From an uncultured Methanosarcinaceae archaeon (lineage in GTDB: Archaea; Halobacteriota; Methanosarcinia; Methanosarcinales; Methanosarcinaceae), in NCBI GenBank assembly GCA_963727895.1, contig CAVSHT010000018.1, forward strand, positions 1 to 62,129: a stretch of 62,129 nucleotides of DNA. Reading direction: 5' to 3'. The position numbers were made by a program, and so were the translations under genes. The notes under the pieces were generated by a model. The model worked only from the letters and a program-made list of their open reading frames with translations, made no database searches and was not told where the DNA came from. Positions within the stretch are counted from its first letter, which is position 1. Each line of letters starts with the position of its first letter. Below, piece after piece: positions 1-10,400 of this stretch.

Positions 1-1061
1 ATTGGGGTATGCAAAGGTATAAACTGGATAACCAAATCGGTGATTTTCTCGATGTTCGGAAATATTTCCTGGTTTAGCCACATTGCAGGAGTGTTGTTAG
101 TCAGAAAATCAAACTGAATCTGGTGGTTGTACCCATGACAAGCTATTTCCCATCCAGCCGAATGCAATCCATTCAGTTCATCTTTTCAATTCAGCCTGTC
201 GTCGGGTAATTACATATTCACATTTATAGTGCACGTTGCATCATACTTCTGGAAAGATTGGCAAATATTGATAACACGATTGAATATGTGCGGAATCGTC
301 CCATGATAGGGCAATGCCCCATCCTTTGTTATCTAATTTTTGTATACTGCGGATATCACTCGCATATAAATTAAATATCTCAGATGGACTTAATGTTCTG
401 TCATACAAATAAAAAGCATATATTGTCCCATTTAGCCCATACGTACTATCGGGGAATGATCCTATTGTCCAATCTGTGTTATTGCTGGGATCTAAAGCAG
501 CTGCTGTGTAATTTACACCGTTTCCATCAGGAACTCCATTGATGTATAATTGAGCGTGAGAACCATCATATGTCACAATAGCTTCATAATCTTTGTTGGG
601 CTGTATGTAACTTTCACTGTAGTTATAAATAGCATGACCATCTGCATAAACATCATATGTCAGCATTGAATTCGTATGGTCAATGCTGATTCTGAATGCC
701 GTATTTCCTTTGGAAACTAAATATGTATTACGAGCCGGATTGCTGGAGTTATAACGGAAAAATACTCCAAACGTTATATGGGGATCAGTAAATGCAATTG
801 TTCATTATTAGGTATTGTTATCCGGTTTTGCCCGTTAAAATGTCTTGCCGTTTCTCCGGTTGGGAGGATAAAGGTTTTACTGCCATCATTTATTCCATTG
901 TTTCCGTGTCCCGAATTATCAACTATAGTATTTCCAGCATTTTCAGACCAGTTATAATATACGAGTTGGCCTGTACCTGCATGCGCAGTCCCTATCAGAC
1001 TTAGAATGAGTATGATAAATAATCCATGTTTTACACATGCTTTAAGATTTTGAAACTTCAT
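1..1061 (-). pseudogene. Secreted LamG-like jellyroll + polysaccharide deacetylase-like protein, multiply frameshifted, runs off the window end
   Basis: ORF pieces 774..1097 (signal peptide; ATG at 1061) and 241..666 (LamG-like 'LYINGV...WTIG...YDRTLS', then 'ALSWDD' deacetylase-like motif) are in different frames. Confidence 0.55.
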
Positions 1062-1627
1062 TGTATTAGACCTCTCTAATAAAAACAATAAAAGCAATTT
1101 TTTTTATACGGAATTTAAAAAAGCTTTATTTTCTCAAATTCGGGTGCAAAAACCCTTTATTTTTGAGTGAGGTAAGCTAGCGCTCACACAGTTAAATAAA
1201 AACTACACAGTTGGAAATACAACGTTCTAATACTTATAAGTGAGTTAAAATTAGTCAGCATGATAACTATGCATGAATATTCTGCATTCCTGAAAAATCT
1301 ACATATCTAAATGCTTAAACTACAAAAAATATCTTTTATATATTGGAAAATAAACAAGCAAAGTAAAAAAGTTAACCAGAAATAGAATTTGTTGTTATCC
1401 AAAAATTTTTTCCTTTTTCAAAAATAAATTTACTTTTTCGAATCAAATTTGTTGAGTTGTTAATGAAAGTCACCCACTACTTTCAATAAAAACAATTTTA
1501 CTATTGTTATTAGATAGTTCCCCATCTTTACGGTCGGTACAGTGTGTCTCACTGAATTAAAAAATACCAAGATTTAATATCGACCAGTTGATGGGCAAGA
1601 TTAATCTAGTGATTTAAAAAAAGATTT

Positions 1628-1647
1628 GTAGCCTTTTAAAAGGCTAC
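1628..1647. terminator. Perfect 20-bp palindrome downstream of the lipoprotein gene, possible terminator
   Basis: GTAGCCTTTTAAAAGGCTAC. Confidence 0.4.
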
Positions 1648-1693
1648 TTTATATTTCCTTAGATATATTGAGAGATCAAAACTCGTTGGTCCT

Positions 1694-2033
1694 TTACTGG
1701 CTACTGTTTGCTGTGACTGTACCAGAATTCTGTGTGTGACTCCTTGCTATACCTAGTTTGCGCTGAGCATTACTCATGTGAGTAACATTTTGATCTGTGG
1801 TGTTTCCAGTGGTATTTCCAGTGGCGTTGCTTATTACTACAGGTGTTGTTGATGGTGTTCCTGCAGGTGTTGTTGCTACTTCAGGTGTTGATGCTGGTGT
1901 TCCTGCAGATGTCGTTTGGTTTGAAACCTCCTTAACGCTGGTTGTATTTCTCTTTATTAGTTCCAGCACAGCCTGCAGCAAAAACAACGGCAGCAACGAC
2001 AAGGAGCATTACTACAATCTTCAATGTTTTCAT
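1694..2033 (-). pseudogene. Small Thr/Pro-rich lipoprotein, frameshifted near 1950
   Basis: ATG at 2033 gives MKTLKIVVMLLVVAAVVFAAGC (lipobox); the Thr/Pro-rich remainder is in ORF 1694..2002 in another frame. Confidence 0.55.
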
Positions 2034-2403
2034 GATATTTCCTCGAACATTCTCTTCCTCTTAATACCCATTTCATATAAAAAATTCTAAAATTTATATG
2101 ATATATTTATTCATGATTAAGCAATAAGATTAAAGCTTTTCGATTTTAGTTTATTTTATGTATTCAATATATTATATGGAATCAAAAGGATAAAAATATC
2201 TCTATTAATGAATAACCTTACAGATGATAATGTTTCTTAATAGTTTCATCTAATTATTCTTTCAATATGTATCTCCTGACAAATTAACAGAGACCACAAA
2301 ACACACATATATACTGCATGCGAGCGAATTAATAGCTAATTGCCTGTGGTTGACTTGAAATGTCTTCTTAAGAGAAAACATTCCTATTGATTTTTTATTG
2401 AAG

Positions 2404-2481
2404 CGCGCGGGATGGGGTCAGGATCAAGTACGAGATATGGGCTACGCAAGACGCCGTTGGAACTAGGCTAAAGTCCCTGGC
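2404..2481 (-). pseudogene. Possible heavily degraded tRNA-Leu-like remnant
   Basis: Minus strand has a D-arm-like AGCCTAGTTCCAACGGCG, a variable-arm-like TCTCGTA and a 3'-end-like CCCCATCCCGCGC; no intact T-loop or anticodon arm. Confidence 0.3.
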
Positions 2482-2701
2482 GTTACAGGTCTTATCAACC
2501 ATGGGGCTTTCTGGAAAAATAGTGGAAATAAGGGGAAAAATATAGCACCTATCCTTAATAACTCAAGAACGCGCCATTATATAAAAGCGGTAACAAAATC
2601 AGAAGAACTGCGAATTACTCTTCGATTTTTGCCACTTATTCATGGGAAAGAATCCATTACTAAAAATTAAATCTCAAGCGTTGAGCCACAAGCGTTGCGC
2701 C

Positions 2702-2763
2702 GCTTGACCACGCCGTCACGCCGTTTTCGATCAAACCTTTTCTCAAAAGGTTTGCGGTCAAGC
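2702..2763. repeat. Nested inverted-repeat element downstream of pdxS (REP-like or terminator-like)
   Basis: Inner hairpin CAAACCTTTT-CTC-AAAAGGTTTG (2732..2754); outer arms GCTTGACC and GGTCAAGC. Confidence 0.5.
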
Positions 2764-2782
2764 ATTTTTTTCAAGTCTTGTG

Positions 2783-3688
2783 TTACCATCCGCGTTCCTG
2801 AAGTGCTTCTTCTTTAGGAATCATATCTGCGCTGATACCTTTCATCCCTGCGCCCACGCCTTTTGAAATTTCTGCGAGTTTTGCAGGATTATCAAAATTG
2901 TTTACGGCTTCAACAACTGCTTTTGCCATCTTTTCAGGGTTTTCAGCTTTGAAAATTCCTGAGCCTACAAAGACCCCATCTGCTCCAAGGCGCATCATAA
3001 GCGCTGCATCTGCAGGAGTTGCAACTCCACCGGCTGCAAAGTTTACCACAGGTAGACGCTGCATTTTAGAGGTTTCGACTACAAGTTCGATCGGAGCTTC
3101 GATTTCCCTTGCAACCATAATCAGTTCTTCTTTAGTCTTTCCGGCAAGAGCACGGATTTCGCCCTGAATCTGCTTCATGTGCTTGACTGCCTGGCTGACA
3201 TCTCCGGTTCCGGCTTCTCCTTTCGTTCGGATCATAGCTGCCCCTTCGTTAATTCTCCGGAGGGCTTCTCCAAGGTTTCTGGCCCCACAGACAAAAGGAA
3301 CGGTAAACTGTGTTTTGTCTATGTGGAAGTAAGGATCAGCAGGGGTCAGAACTTCGGACTCGTCCACCATGTCGACACCAAGAGCTTCTAAAATTTCGGC
3401 TTCAACAAAGTGCCCTATCCTGGCTTTTGCCATTACAGGAATTGTGACAGTATCAATTATCTGCTGGACAATCTCAGGGTCAGCCATTCGGGCAACTCCA
3501 CCAGTTTTTCTGATATCGGCAGGGACAGCATGAAGGGCCATTACAGCAACTGCACCGGCTTCTTCGGCGATGCGGGCCTGCTCTGGAGTTGTAACATCCA
3601 TGATCACACCCCCTTTCTGCATACGTGCAAATCCACGCTTAATAAGTTCTGTACCATGTCTCAATTGTTCAAAGTCCATGAATGTCAT
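2783..3688 (-). CDS. pdxS: Pyridoxal 5'-phosphate synthase lyase subunit
   Basis: [27 protein letters not shown] and [15 protein letters not shown] motifs. Confidence 0.97.
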   Translation of the reverse strand: MTFMDFEQLRHGTELIKRGFARMQKGGVIMDVTTPEQARIAEEAGAVAVMALHAVPADIRKTGGVARMADPEIVQQIIDTVTIPVMAKARIGHFVEAEILEALGVDMVDESEVLTPADPYFHIDKTQFTVPFVCGARNLGEALRRINEGAAMIRTKGEAGTGDVSQAVKHMKQIQGEIRALAGKTKEELIMVAREIEAPIELVVETSKMQRLPVVNFAAGGVATPADAALMMRLGADGVFVGSGIFKAENPEKMAKAVVEAVNNFDNPAKLAEISKGVGAGMKGISADMIPKEEALQERGW

Positions 3689-3866
3689 CCTTGTTTTTCA
3701 GTTATATTTTTAAAAAAGAGATCTAATAAAGTTAAATTAACAATTAAATTGAAAAAACAAAATTACTGAAAATAAATAGATGAGATTACCTCATAAAATT
3801 GTACGTTTTTAATGCCTTTTTCTCGTATTTAAATCTAAATTAGATGCCAGAGATCACCAGTTAAAA

Positions 3867-5159
3867 TTACACTTTATCAAGAGCCTGCTCTATATCTGAG
3901 ATTATATCTTCGATATCCTCAGTACCTATAGAAAGGCGTATATAATCTGGCTTAACTCCATTTGCTTCCTGTTCGACCGGGGTTAATTGCTGGTGTGTGG
4001 TACTTGCTGGATGGATAATAAGACTTTTGGAATCTCCTATATTCGCAACGTGTGAAAGCAGCTTCACAGAGTTAATAAATTTTTTACCTTCTTCCACTCC
4101 ACCCTTCACACCGAACCCTATTAATCCACCATAACCACCTTTAAAGTACTTGGATGCAAGTTCATGGCTTGGATGATCTGGTAAACCGGGATAATTGACC
4201 CAGGAGACCTTAGGATGATTAGACAGATATTCTGCTACCTTGAGGGCATTTTCCGAGTGCCTTGGCATTCTCAGGTGCAGGGTTTCAAGTCCTTGAAGTA
4301 ACAGGAAAGAGTTAAAAGGTGAAATCGCAGCACCTGTATCTCGAAGATATTGCAGCCTTGCTTTGTAGACAAATGCTATGTTTCCAAGCCCAGGGAAGTC
4401 TGAAAATGTGTCCCAGTATTTCAGGCCGTGATACTCTGGATCAGGATCCGTGAATTCCGAGAACTTACCGTTATTCCATGGGAACTTTCCAGAATCAACT
4501 ATGGAACCGGCAATTGAGTTTCCATGCCCGCCAATGTATTTGGTTGCTGAATGCACAACGATATCAACTCCATGTTCAATAGGTTGGACAAGCCCTACAG
4601 CACTTGTGTTGTCTACGATAACCGGAATCCCGGCTTTATGAGCAATGTCTGCGATTGCCTCAAAATCTGGAACATCAAGCTTCGGGTTACCCAGTGACTC
4701 AATATAAACAGCCCTGGTTTTCTCATTAATGGCTTTTCGGTACGCTTCTACATCAGTTGAATCTACAAATATTACTTTTCTTCCCAGCTTGGGGAAAGTG
4801 TATTTAAAAAGCTCATAAGTTCCGCCGTAAAGATTGTTTCCGGATACTATTTCGTCTCCTACTCTGGTAATAGTTAACAGGGCATAGGTTATTGCTGCTG
4901 AACCCGATGCAACTCCAAGGGCTCCAGTCCCACCTTCAATGGCAGCTATGCGCTTTTCGAACACATCAGTAGTGGGGTTCATTATACGTGTGTAAATATT
5001 ACCAAGATCTTTGAGCCCAAAACGATTGGCTGCCTGATCTGCATCCTTAAAAACATACGATGTTGTCTGATATATTGGTACAACACGTGCTCCTGTTGTT
5101 GAATCTGGAATTTGTCCAGCATGGAGGGCAAGTGTTCCTAATTTATAATTATTAGTCAT
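3867..5159 (-). CDS. metY: O-acetylhomoserine/O-acetylserine sulfhydrylase (copy 1)
   Basis: [27 protein letters not shown] (PLP lysine), [17 protein letters not shown]; overlaps the pscS stop. Confidence 0.93.
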   Translation of the reverse strand: MTNNYKLGTLALHAGQIPDSTTGARVVPIYQTTSYVFKDADQAANRFGLKDLGNIYTRIMNPTTDVFEKRIAAIEGGTGALGVASGSAAITYALLTITRVGDEIVSGNNLYGGTYELFKYTFPKLGRKVIFVDSTDVEAYRKAINEKTRAVYIESLGNPKLDVPDFEAIADIAHKAGIPVIVDNTSAVGLVQPIEHGVDIVVHSATKYIGGHGNSIAGSIVDSGKFPWNNGKFSEFTDPDPEYHGLKYWDTFSDFPGLGNIAFVYKARLQYLRDTGAAISPFNSFLLLQGLETLHLRMPRHSENALKVAEYLSNHPKVSWVNYPGLPDHPSHELASKYFKGGYGGLIGFGVKGGVEEGKKFINSVKLLSHVANIGDSKSLIIHPASTTHQQLTPVEQEANGVKPDYIRLSIGTEDIEDIISDIEQALDKV

Positions 5160-6534
5160 TGGAATTCTTCTCCTTGTTTACCTGAAGGTTGTATTTTTCA
5201 GCGATTTCCTGGAATGTATCCACTACATAGCGAACTTTATCCCATGAAAGTCCATATGTATTAAGTTTCCAAACGCGTGTCGCTCCTGCAAATTCTCCGA
5301 CAATACCCTTGCGTGAAAGTTCATCTGAAAGGAAAAAACCTCTGCGTTTATGCTCCTGTGCTATAAGATCAAAATTTTTGATGGTGTCAACTTTGGATAG
5401 AGTATGTTTGCGTGGATATTCTGAGACGACTTTACTGCCTTCAATAGCAAGCAAACCATCAATCAGATAGTTCGACTTTTTCACCTCGTCTTCCCAGTTA
5501 TTTACTCTCTCCTTAACTGTAGGGAATGAAGCCATCATACCCAGCAATGTTGAACCCATCAATGTGCAGCCAAGCATCTCTACTTCCTTTATACCGAACT
5601 TTCGTTTGGTTAAGTCACCCGTCATCTGAGTTGTACGGAATATCTTGGGAGCCCATTCATTGGTTGTTGCCAGTACCCCCGAAGGTGCAGGTGATGCCAT
5701 GCTTTTGTGGCCTGAACCTACGATAAAGTCAGCACCGATGTCTTTTCCATCAACTGGCCTTACTCCTACGGTATAAGCTCCATTATATAGGAAAGGAATA
5801 TCATACTGGTGAGCTACTTTCGCAATGCCCTTCACATCATGCTCGTTTGCATACTGGTAATCAAAGTGGTCGATCATGACAAGTACAGGTAATTTGCCTG
5901 TTTCCTGTTTAACAGCTTCAATTTTCTCAGCAGTAGCATCTTCAGTCACAATATTGTGTTCATTTAAGGGTACTTCTCTAACTATTCCTCCTGCTCCTTC
6001 TACGGCAAGAAATTCTGTGTAATGGGCAAGAGCTGAGACTATTACAGAATTACCTTTATTGACTAAAGAGGATGTAACTGCTTGGAACCCTCTTCTCGCA
6101 CCTGGTACTACTCGAGCAACATCCATGTTAACGAAGCTGGCGAGCTGTTCATGAAATGAAGCTACAGGTGGACTGCTTATTTTGTCCAGCCTGAAAGGTT
6201 TGCGGCAGGCATCACAGGTTGAGTAGCCATCGCCATAAGCTATGAGAGCTTTTCTGGCTTCGGGTGTAAGCCTTCCTGCTGCCTGAATTGGCTGTATATT
6301 GATGTATGTTTCTTCTCTGGCTCGGATATCGATATTATCAGCGATTTTCCTTACTTTCGGAGTTCCGGTATTGTTCTCGATATTATCCAGTATTTTTCTG
6401 ATTTTGTTTACACTTTCTTTAATGGTGTGTTCTTCTTCTGGGTTTGTGACATTTGGAAGTCTTTGTCTAAGAGTCTCCCTAATATCTTCAAGGGCAAAAA
6501 GTGCCTCAAATGTTTTTTGTGTTCTTATATCCAT
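5152..6534 (-). CDS. pscS: Sep-tRNA:Cys-tRNA synthase with ~65-aa N-terminal extension
   Basis: [23 protein letters not shown] (PLP lysine) and LGCT motifs; AGGAG RBS at 6541..6545. Confidence 0.92.
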   Translation of the reverse strand: MDIRTQKTFEALFALEDIRETLRQRLPNVTNPEEEHTIKESVNKIRKILDNIENNTGTPKVRKIADNIDIRAREETYINIQPIQAAGRLTPEARKALIAYGDGYSTCDACRKPFRLDKISSPPVASFHEQLASFVNMDVARVVPGARRGFQAVTSSLVNKGNSVIVSALAHYTEFLAVEGAGGIVREVPLNEHNIVTEDATAEKIEAVKQETGKLPVLVMIDHFDYQYANEHDVKGIAKVAHQYDIPFLYNGAYTVGVRPVDGKDIGADFIVGSGHKSMASPAPSGVLATTNEWAPKIFRTTQMTGDLTKRKFGIKEVEMLGCTLMGSTLLGMMASFPTVKERVNNWEDEVKKSNYLIDGLLAIEGSKVVSEYPRKHTLSKVDTIKNFDLIAQEHKRRGFFLSDELSRKGIVGEFAGATRVWKLNTYGLSWDKVRYVVDTFQEIAEKYNLQVNKEKNSND

Positions 6535-6546
6535 GTATTACTCCTA

Positions 6547-6618
6547 AGCTGAGACCCGGAATCGAACCGGGATATAATGGAGTTGCAATCCATCGCGTAG
6601 CCTTTCCGCCATCTCAGC
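6547..6618 (-). tRNA. tRNA-Cys(GCA), A37 type
   Basis: GCTGAGA/TCTCAGC acceptor stem, U73, anticodon arm ATGGA-TTGCAAC-TCCAT, T arm CCCGG-TTCGATT-CCGGG. Confidence 0.95.
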
Positions 6619-6658
6619 ATATTTTATTCTCTTTTATTTTATGCTCAAATTCCGCAGA

Positions 6659-6672
6659 TACACAATTGAGAA
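6659..6672. promoter_or_regulatory. Sulfur-box palindrome variant (2 mismatches)
   Basis: TACACAATTGAGAA, 40 bp upstream of tRNA-Cys/pscS. Confidence 0.6.
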
Positions 6673-6891
6673 GTTCTTTACCTGGCATCAATGTAATCGA
6701 GATTGATTTACAGCGATTCTCATTTTTCAATACAGACATTCTGTTGTGGACTTCTGCGGAAAGTGAATTGCATAGATCTTATTGTGGGTTTTATCGATTG
6801 AATTAGGTCTGTTCATCACAACTGGGAATTTTTCATATTTTTAAGTTGAATTACCTGATGACCTGCATACATGACTTCTTACATACACAAC

Positions 6892-6905
6892 TTTACAATT
6901 GTGAA
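6892..6905. promoter_or_regulatory. Sulfur-box palindrome (1 mismatch)
   Basis: TTTACAATTGTGAA upstream of tRNA-Cys-pscS-metY. Confidence 0.75.
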
Positions 6906-7020
6906 GTATTTATTTTCGTTTCAGTCTTATTAATAGTGTTTTATGTTAAACCTCCTGAAAGGCAAAAGCTCTGAATTTTCTTGTTAAAAGTTTTCTGCTA
7001 AAGTTTGTGAGAAAACTTTA

Positions 7021-7091
7021 AGCCAGAGCCTGGATTTGAACCAGGATAAATGGATCTGCAGTCCACTGCGTAGCCCTTCCGCCACTCTGGC
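7021..7091 (-). tRNA. tRNA-Cys(GCA), G37 type
   Basis: GCCAGAG/CTCTGGC acceptor stem, U73, GTGGA-CTGCAGA-TCCAT, CCTGG-TTCAAAT-CCAGG. Confidence 0.95.
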
Positions 7092-7098
7092 ACGGAGA

Positions 7099-7112
7099 TT
7101 CACAATTGTGAA
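7099..7112. promoter_or_regulatory. Sulfur-box palindrome (perfect)
   Basis: TTCACAATTGTGAA 7 bp upstream of the tRNA; minus-strand TATA-like TTTAAATA at 7140..7147. Confidence 0.85.
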
Positions 7113-7526
7113 CTAACAACACTTCATACTCGTTTTTAATATTTAAACCTGCTTTTTGAGGCAAAATATGTCTTCAAAGCGAACAGAACATGAAATCTCA
7201 CTCAAAAATGGTAACTGAAAAATTATCCATATCCATAGATGAAGAATGAAATTTGCCGGTTTTTGGATAAAAACAGCTATACAACCTTTTTTCTTAAAAA
7301 ATATAATTTTGGGACTATTTTGTGTGCCTATAAAACTTATTTAAGTTTATACGATTCAAAAATATGTTTTTAATGTCCTGGAATCTATAACCTTTCAGAT
7401 CAGAAAAGTATTACATTTACAAGGATTACTAAATTTACAAAACGTATGACATTTATAAAATTTTAGATTTATAGTCAACAATCGTTGATTTGAAACTCCT
7501 GAGTCCTAATAACTCCTAAATCCTAA

Positions 7527-7853
7527 TTATTCATATTTAGATATATCTTTTAAAGCTTCATCAATAAAATATGGAGCTTCTATTGCCTTAATCCCTCTTT
7601 TCCTTAACTCTTCTTGCGGCCTGCTACCAATTCTAGAGCAAAGCAAAGCATCACAATCAGAAATCAAAGCGATTATTCTACTCAAAAGATCGTCTGCATG
7701 TCCTGAATCAGCTGAACCACATAAAGGAGTAGTTTCTCTTACCTCTAAAAACTGTATTTTACCACAATCGACCTCAAATATGAAAAATTTAGATGCTTTT
7801 CCAAAATGCTGGTTGATAACCTTGCCATCACTCGAAACAATTGCGACTTTCAT
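7527..7853 (-). CDS. NifB/NifX-family FeMo-cofactor-binding protein
   Basis: MKVAI...INQHFGKASKFFIFEV...DCDALLCSRIG pattern. Confidence 0.85.
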   Translation of the reverse strand: MKVAIVSSDGKVINQHFGKASKFFIFEVDCGKIQFLEVRETTPLCGSADSGHADDLLSRIIALISDCDALLCSRIGSRPQEELRKRGIKAIEAPYFIDEALKDISKYE

Positions 7854-7943
7854 CGATTTTATCTCCCATTTTACATGAATAAAAAAGAATCAACAACAAT
7901 AGATGTCAACAATAATAGATATTTATGTTTATGAAGAACTCTA

Positions 7944-8014
7944 AGCCAGAGCCTGGATTCGAACCAGAATACATGGGTCTGCAGTCCACTGCGTAGCCCT
8001 TCCGACACCCTGGC
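7944..8014 (-). tRNA. tRNA-Cys(GCA), degenerate duplicate of 7021..7091
   Basis: Same scaffold but U10-C25 and A31-C39 mismatches and extra G-U pairs; possibly non-functional. Confidence 0.8.
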
Positions 8015-8021
8015 ACAAATA

Positions 8022-8035
8022 TTTACAATTGTGAA
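8022..8035. promoter_or_regulatory. Sulfur-box palindrome (1 mismatch)
   Basis: TTTACAATTGTGAA 7 bp upstream of the third tRNA-Cys. Confidence 0.8.
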
Positions 8036-8373
8036 CTAACAACACATTATGTTCATTTCTAATATTTAAGTCTGTTTTTGAGGCAAAATATGTCTTTAGA
8101 GCAAACAGGATATGAAAAAGAGAGCTTCTAAGCTAGAATTTAGAATCGAATTTGAATACCAGCTTTGCTGAAGAGAACGTTTTTCAAGTTTTTCTTAATT
8201 TATATAATGTAGAGTTTCCTTTTCCACAATTTTCCAATATCTACCTAATTAAAAGTGATTATTTATATAATTGTATTATTCAGCATCTTAATTGTGGAAT
8301 ATCTGAAAAATTAAGCCTGTTTTCCGTTTAAATAGGAAAATCCTAGAAACACAAAATTAACTAAGATAAACAA

Positions 8374-8661
8374 TTAGCTAATAACAATCAGCTCAAATGT
8401 CCCATCCAGACATGAGACTGCAAAGTCATGGAAATGCTTCATATTATCTGACATCTCTTCGTAAATTGAGTGAGAAATGTATATTCTCATATGCGGTTTT
8501 TTGTCAGGGTCTTTTTTAAGTTCAAAGTAAAGTTCCTTAAAAACTTCAATTAGAGTTTTCAGGTTAATACGTCTAATTATTCTAATATGGCCTATCCCCT
8601 CCGAATCAATCATAATTCGGTAACTTTTGTTTTGCTTTAGATTTCTCTCATTTAACCCCAT
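8374..8661 (-). CDS. Hypothetical protein (95 aa)
   Basis: ATG start, RBS-like GCGGT, TATA and two sulfur boxes upstream; no family recognised. Confidence 0.7.
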   Translation of the reverse strand: MGLNERNLKQNKSYRIMIDSEGIGHIRIIRRINLKTLIEVFKELYFELKKDPDKKPHMRIYISHSIYEEMSDNMKHFHDFAVSCLDGTFELIVIS

Positions 8662-8704
8662 TATTTCTACCGCAATATATTATTTCAATCTTGCAATTAT
8701 TAAC

Positions 8705-8752
8705 TTTTCAATTGTGAATTTTAGAAATACAAACAGTCTTCACAATTGTGAA
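8705..8752. promoter_or_regulatory. Two sulfur boxes
   Basis: TTTTCAATTGTGAA (8705..8718) and perfect TTCACAATTGTGAA (8739..8752); minus-strand TTTTATAA at 8770..8777. Confidence 0.8.
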
Positions 8753-9156
8753 TAGGGTTATTTCTTAAGTTATAAAAGTGTTTTGTCCATTTACTCAAAT
8801 GAATTACTGAAAAATTTGCAGGCTAAATTGTTTGAAAGAAGAGACTACCCCTCGCAAAAAAAATGAGAAAAGGAGGGGGAAATGCTTCAATGTTCCGCCG
8901 AAAAGCAAGTTTATCGAGTTAAGAGCTGTAAGTTCAAAAACTCCTGCGGAGTAATTTACAACAGGAGTCTGGAATTTACAATAAATTCAAAACTAATTAC
9001 AAAAGTTTTAGATACAAATTTTAGACTTTACAGAAATCCTGTTGTTAAATGAATCTCAATGCCTGTGACTCAAGAACTGATCTGGATTTCAATAATTGAA
9101 TTTGAGATACTTCTGTCGATTTGAAGGGATTTTTCCAAAGTCAAATTTTAAATACC

Positions 9157-10071
9157 TCATGCTTCCGAACTTATTTGCGCTCCTTCTTCAATGATACTGC
9201 TTTTCACTTTTTCTTCATGCCCATGTACTTGTTCACGTTCTCTGAGAAGTATATCTGACCAGCTTTCTGCCCAGGTTTTGAGTTCTTCAGACTCAAGAGG
9301 AGCAGGAACGTATTTTTTATCGTTGTTCAAGATACTCCTTGCAAGCTCTCTATATAACTCAGCCTGCTCAGAATCAGGTGCATGTTCAACTACAGTCTGA
9401 CCCCTTAGCTCACTTCTTGTAACATCCAGTGAACGTGGTACATACCCTACGATTCTGGTTTTTGTCTGCGCTGCAAAGTCATTTGTTATCTCTTTTTGGA
9501 TCGACTGGTTCATCGAGTTTGCGATTATTCCGCTGAAAAGTGCACCACCATTGTTTGCGTATTTTCTGATTCCTTTAAAGAGATTATTTGCTGCATAAAT
9601 TGCCATGAAATCTGAGGATGCTACAGTGTAAACCTGTTCTGCAACACCTTCACGGATAGGAGTTGAAAATCCTCCACATACGACGTCTCCAAGCACGTCA
9701 TAAATTACAACATCAGGCTTAAACTCCTCAAAGACGTTTTTTTGCCTCAGAAGTTCGATTGCAGTAATAATCCCCCTACCTGCACATCCGACTCCAGGTT
9801 CTGGACCTCCTGCTTCCACACAGAGGATCCCATTGAAACCTTCATAGACAACGTCACTGATCTCAATTCTTTTTCTGCTTCTCATAGCATCAAGAACTGA
9901 AGGAATCGATTTTCCTCCCCTCAGGTTATTTGTGGAGTCGCTTTTAGGATCACAGCCGATTTGCATTACTGTAAGGCCCAGGTCCGAAATAGCCGCTGAA
10001 AGATTTGATGAAGTAGTTGATTTTCCAATACCGCCTTTTCCATATATTGCGATGTTTCTTGTTTTTGCCAT
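9157..10071 (-). CDS. Nitrogenase iron protein-like reductase (group IV, MarH-like)
   Basis: [42 protein letters not shown]; '[17 protein letters not shown]' and a C-terminal 'W..SW' resemble MarH more than canonical NifH. ATG at 10071 with GGAG/GGTGA-type RBS. Confidence 0.88.
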   Translation of the reverse strand: MAKTRNIAIYGKGGIGKSTTSSNLSAAISDLGLTVMQIGCDPKSDSTNNLRGGKSIPSVLDAMRSRKRIEISDVVYEGFNGILCVEAGGPEPGVGCAGRGIITAIELLRQKNVFEEFKPDVVIYDVLGDVVCGGFSTPIREGVAEQVYTVASSDFMAIYAANNLFKGIRKYANNGGALFSGIIANSMNQSIQKEITNDFAAQTKTRIVGYVPRSLDVTRSELRGQTVVEHAPDSEQAELYRELARSILNNDKKYVPAPLESEELKTWAESWSDILLREREQVHGHEEKVKSSIIEEGAQISSEA

Positions 10072-10400
10072 GTCATCACCATACAGGAAAACAAACAAAT
10101 CTGATTTATAAGCTCACACTTCAGCAATAATTGACATCGAAATTCTGTTTTTCTTAATTTTGCGGCAAAAATCTCCGGGATTTTTAAAATTGTAGATCTG
10201 TATCTTTCAATAGGCTCCACCGCTTAATCGTTCTATTAAACTATTGCCGCAAAAATTCGGATAATGAGAAACTAGGTCCCAATTTTGCTTATTTCCCGAT
10301 TTATATATCCATTAATGTCAATGGAAGAGATGATGCCAAGAGCAAAAAATACTGGAGACAAATTAACTAAGAAAAACAGATCTCTTACGGAGTAATATTA

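Noticed and set aside
1..2033. Programmed frameshifting or phase variation in the first two genes
   Set aside because: Indels cluster near the window ends, which fits low-quality consensus or ordinary decay better.
6501..6806. 101-aa plus-strand ORF
   Set aside because: Antisense to tRNA-Cys and the pscS start; spurious.
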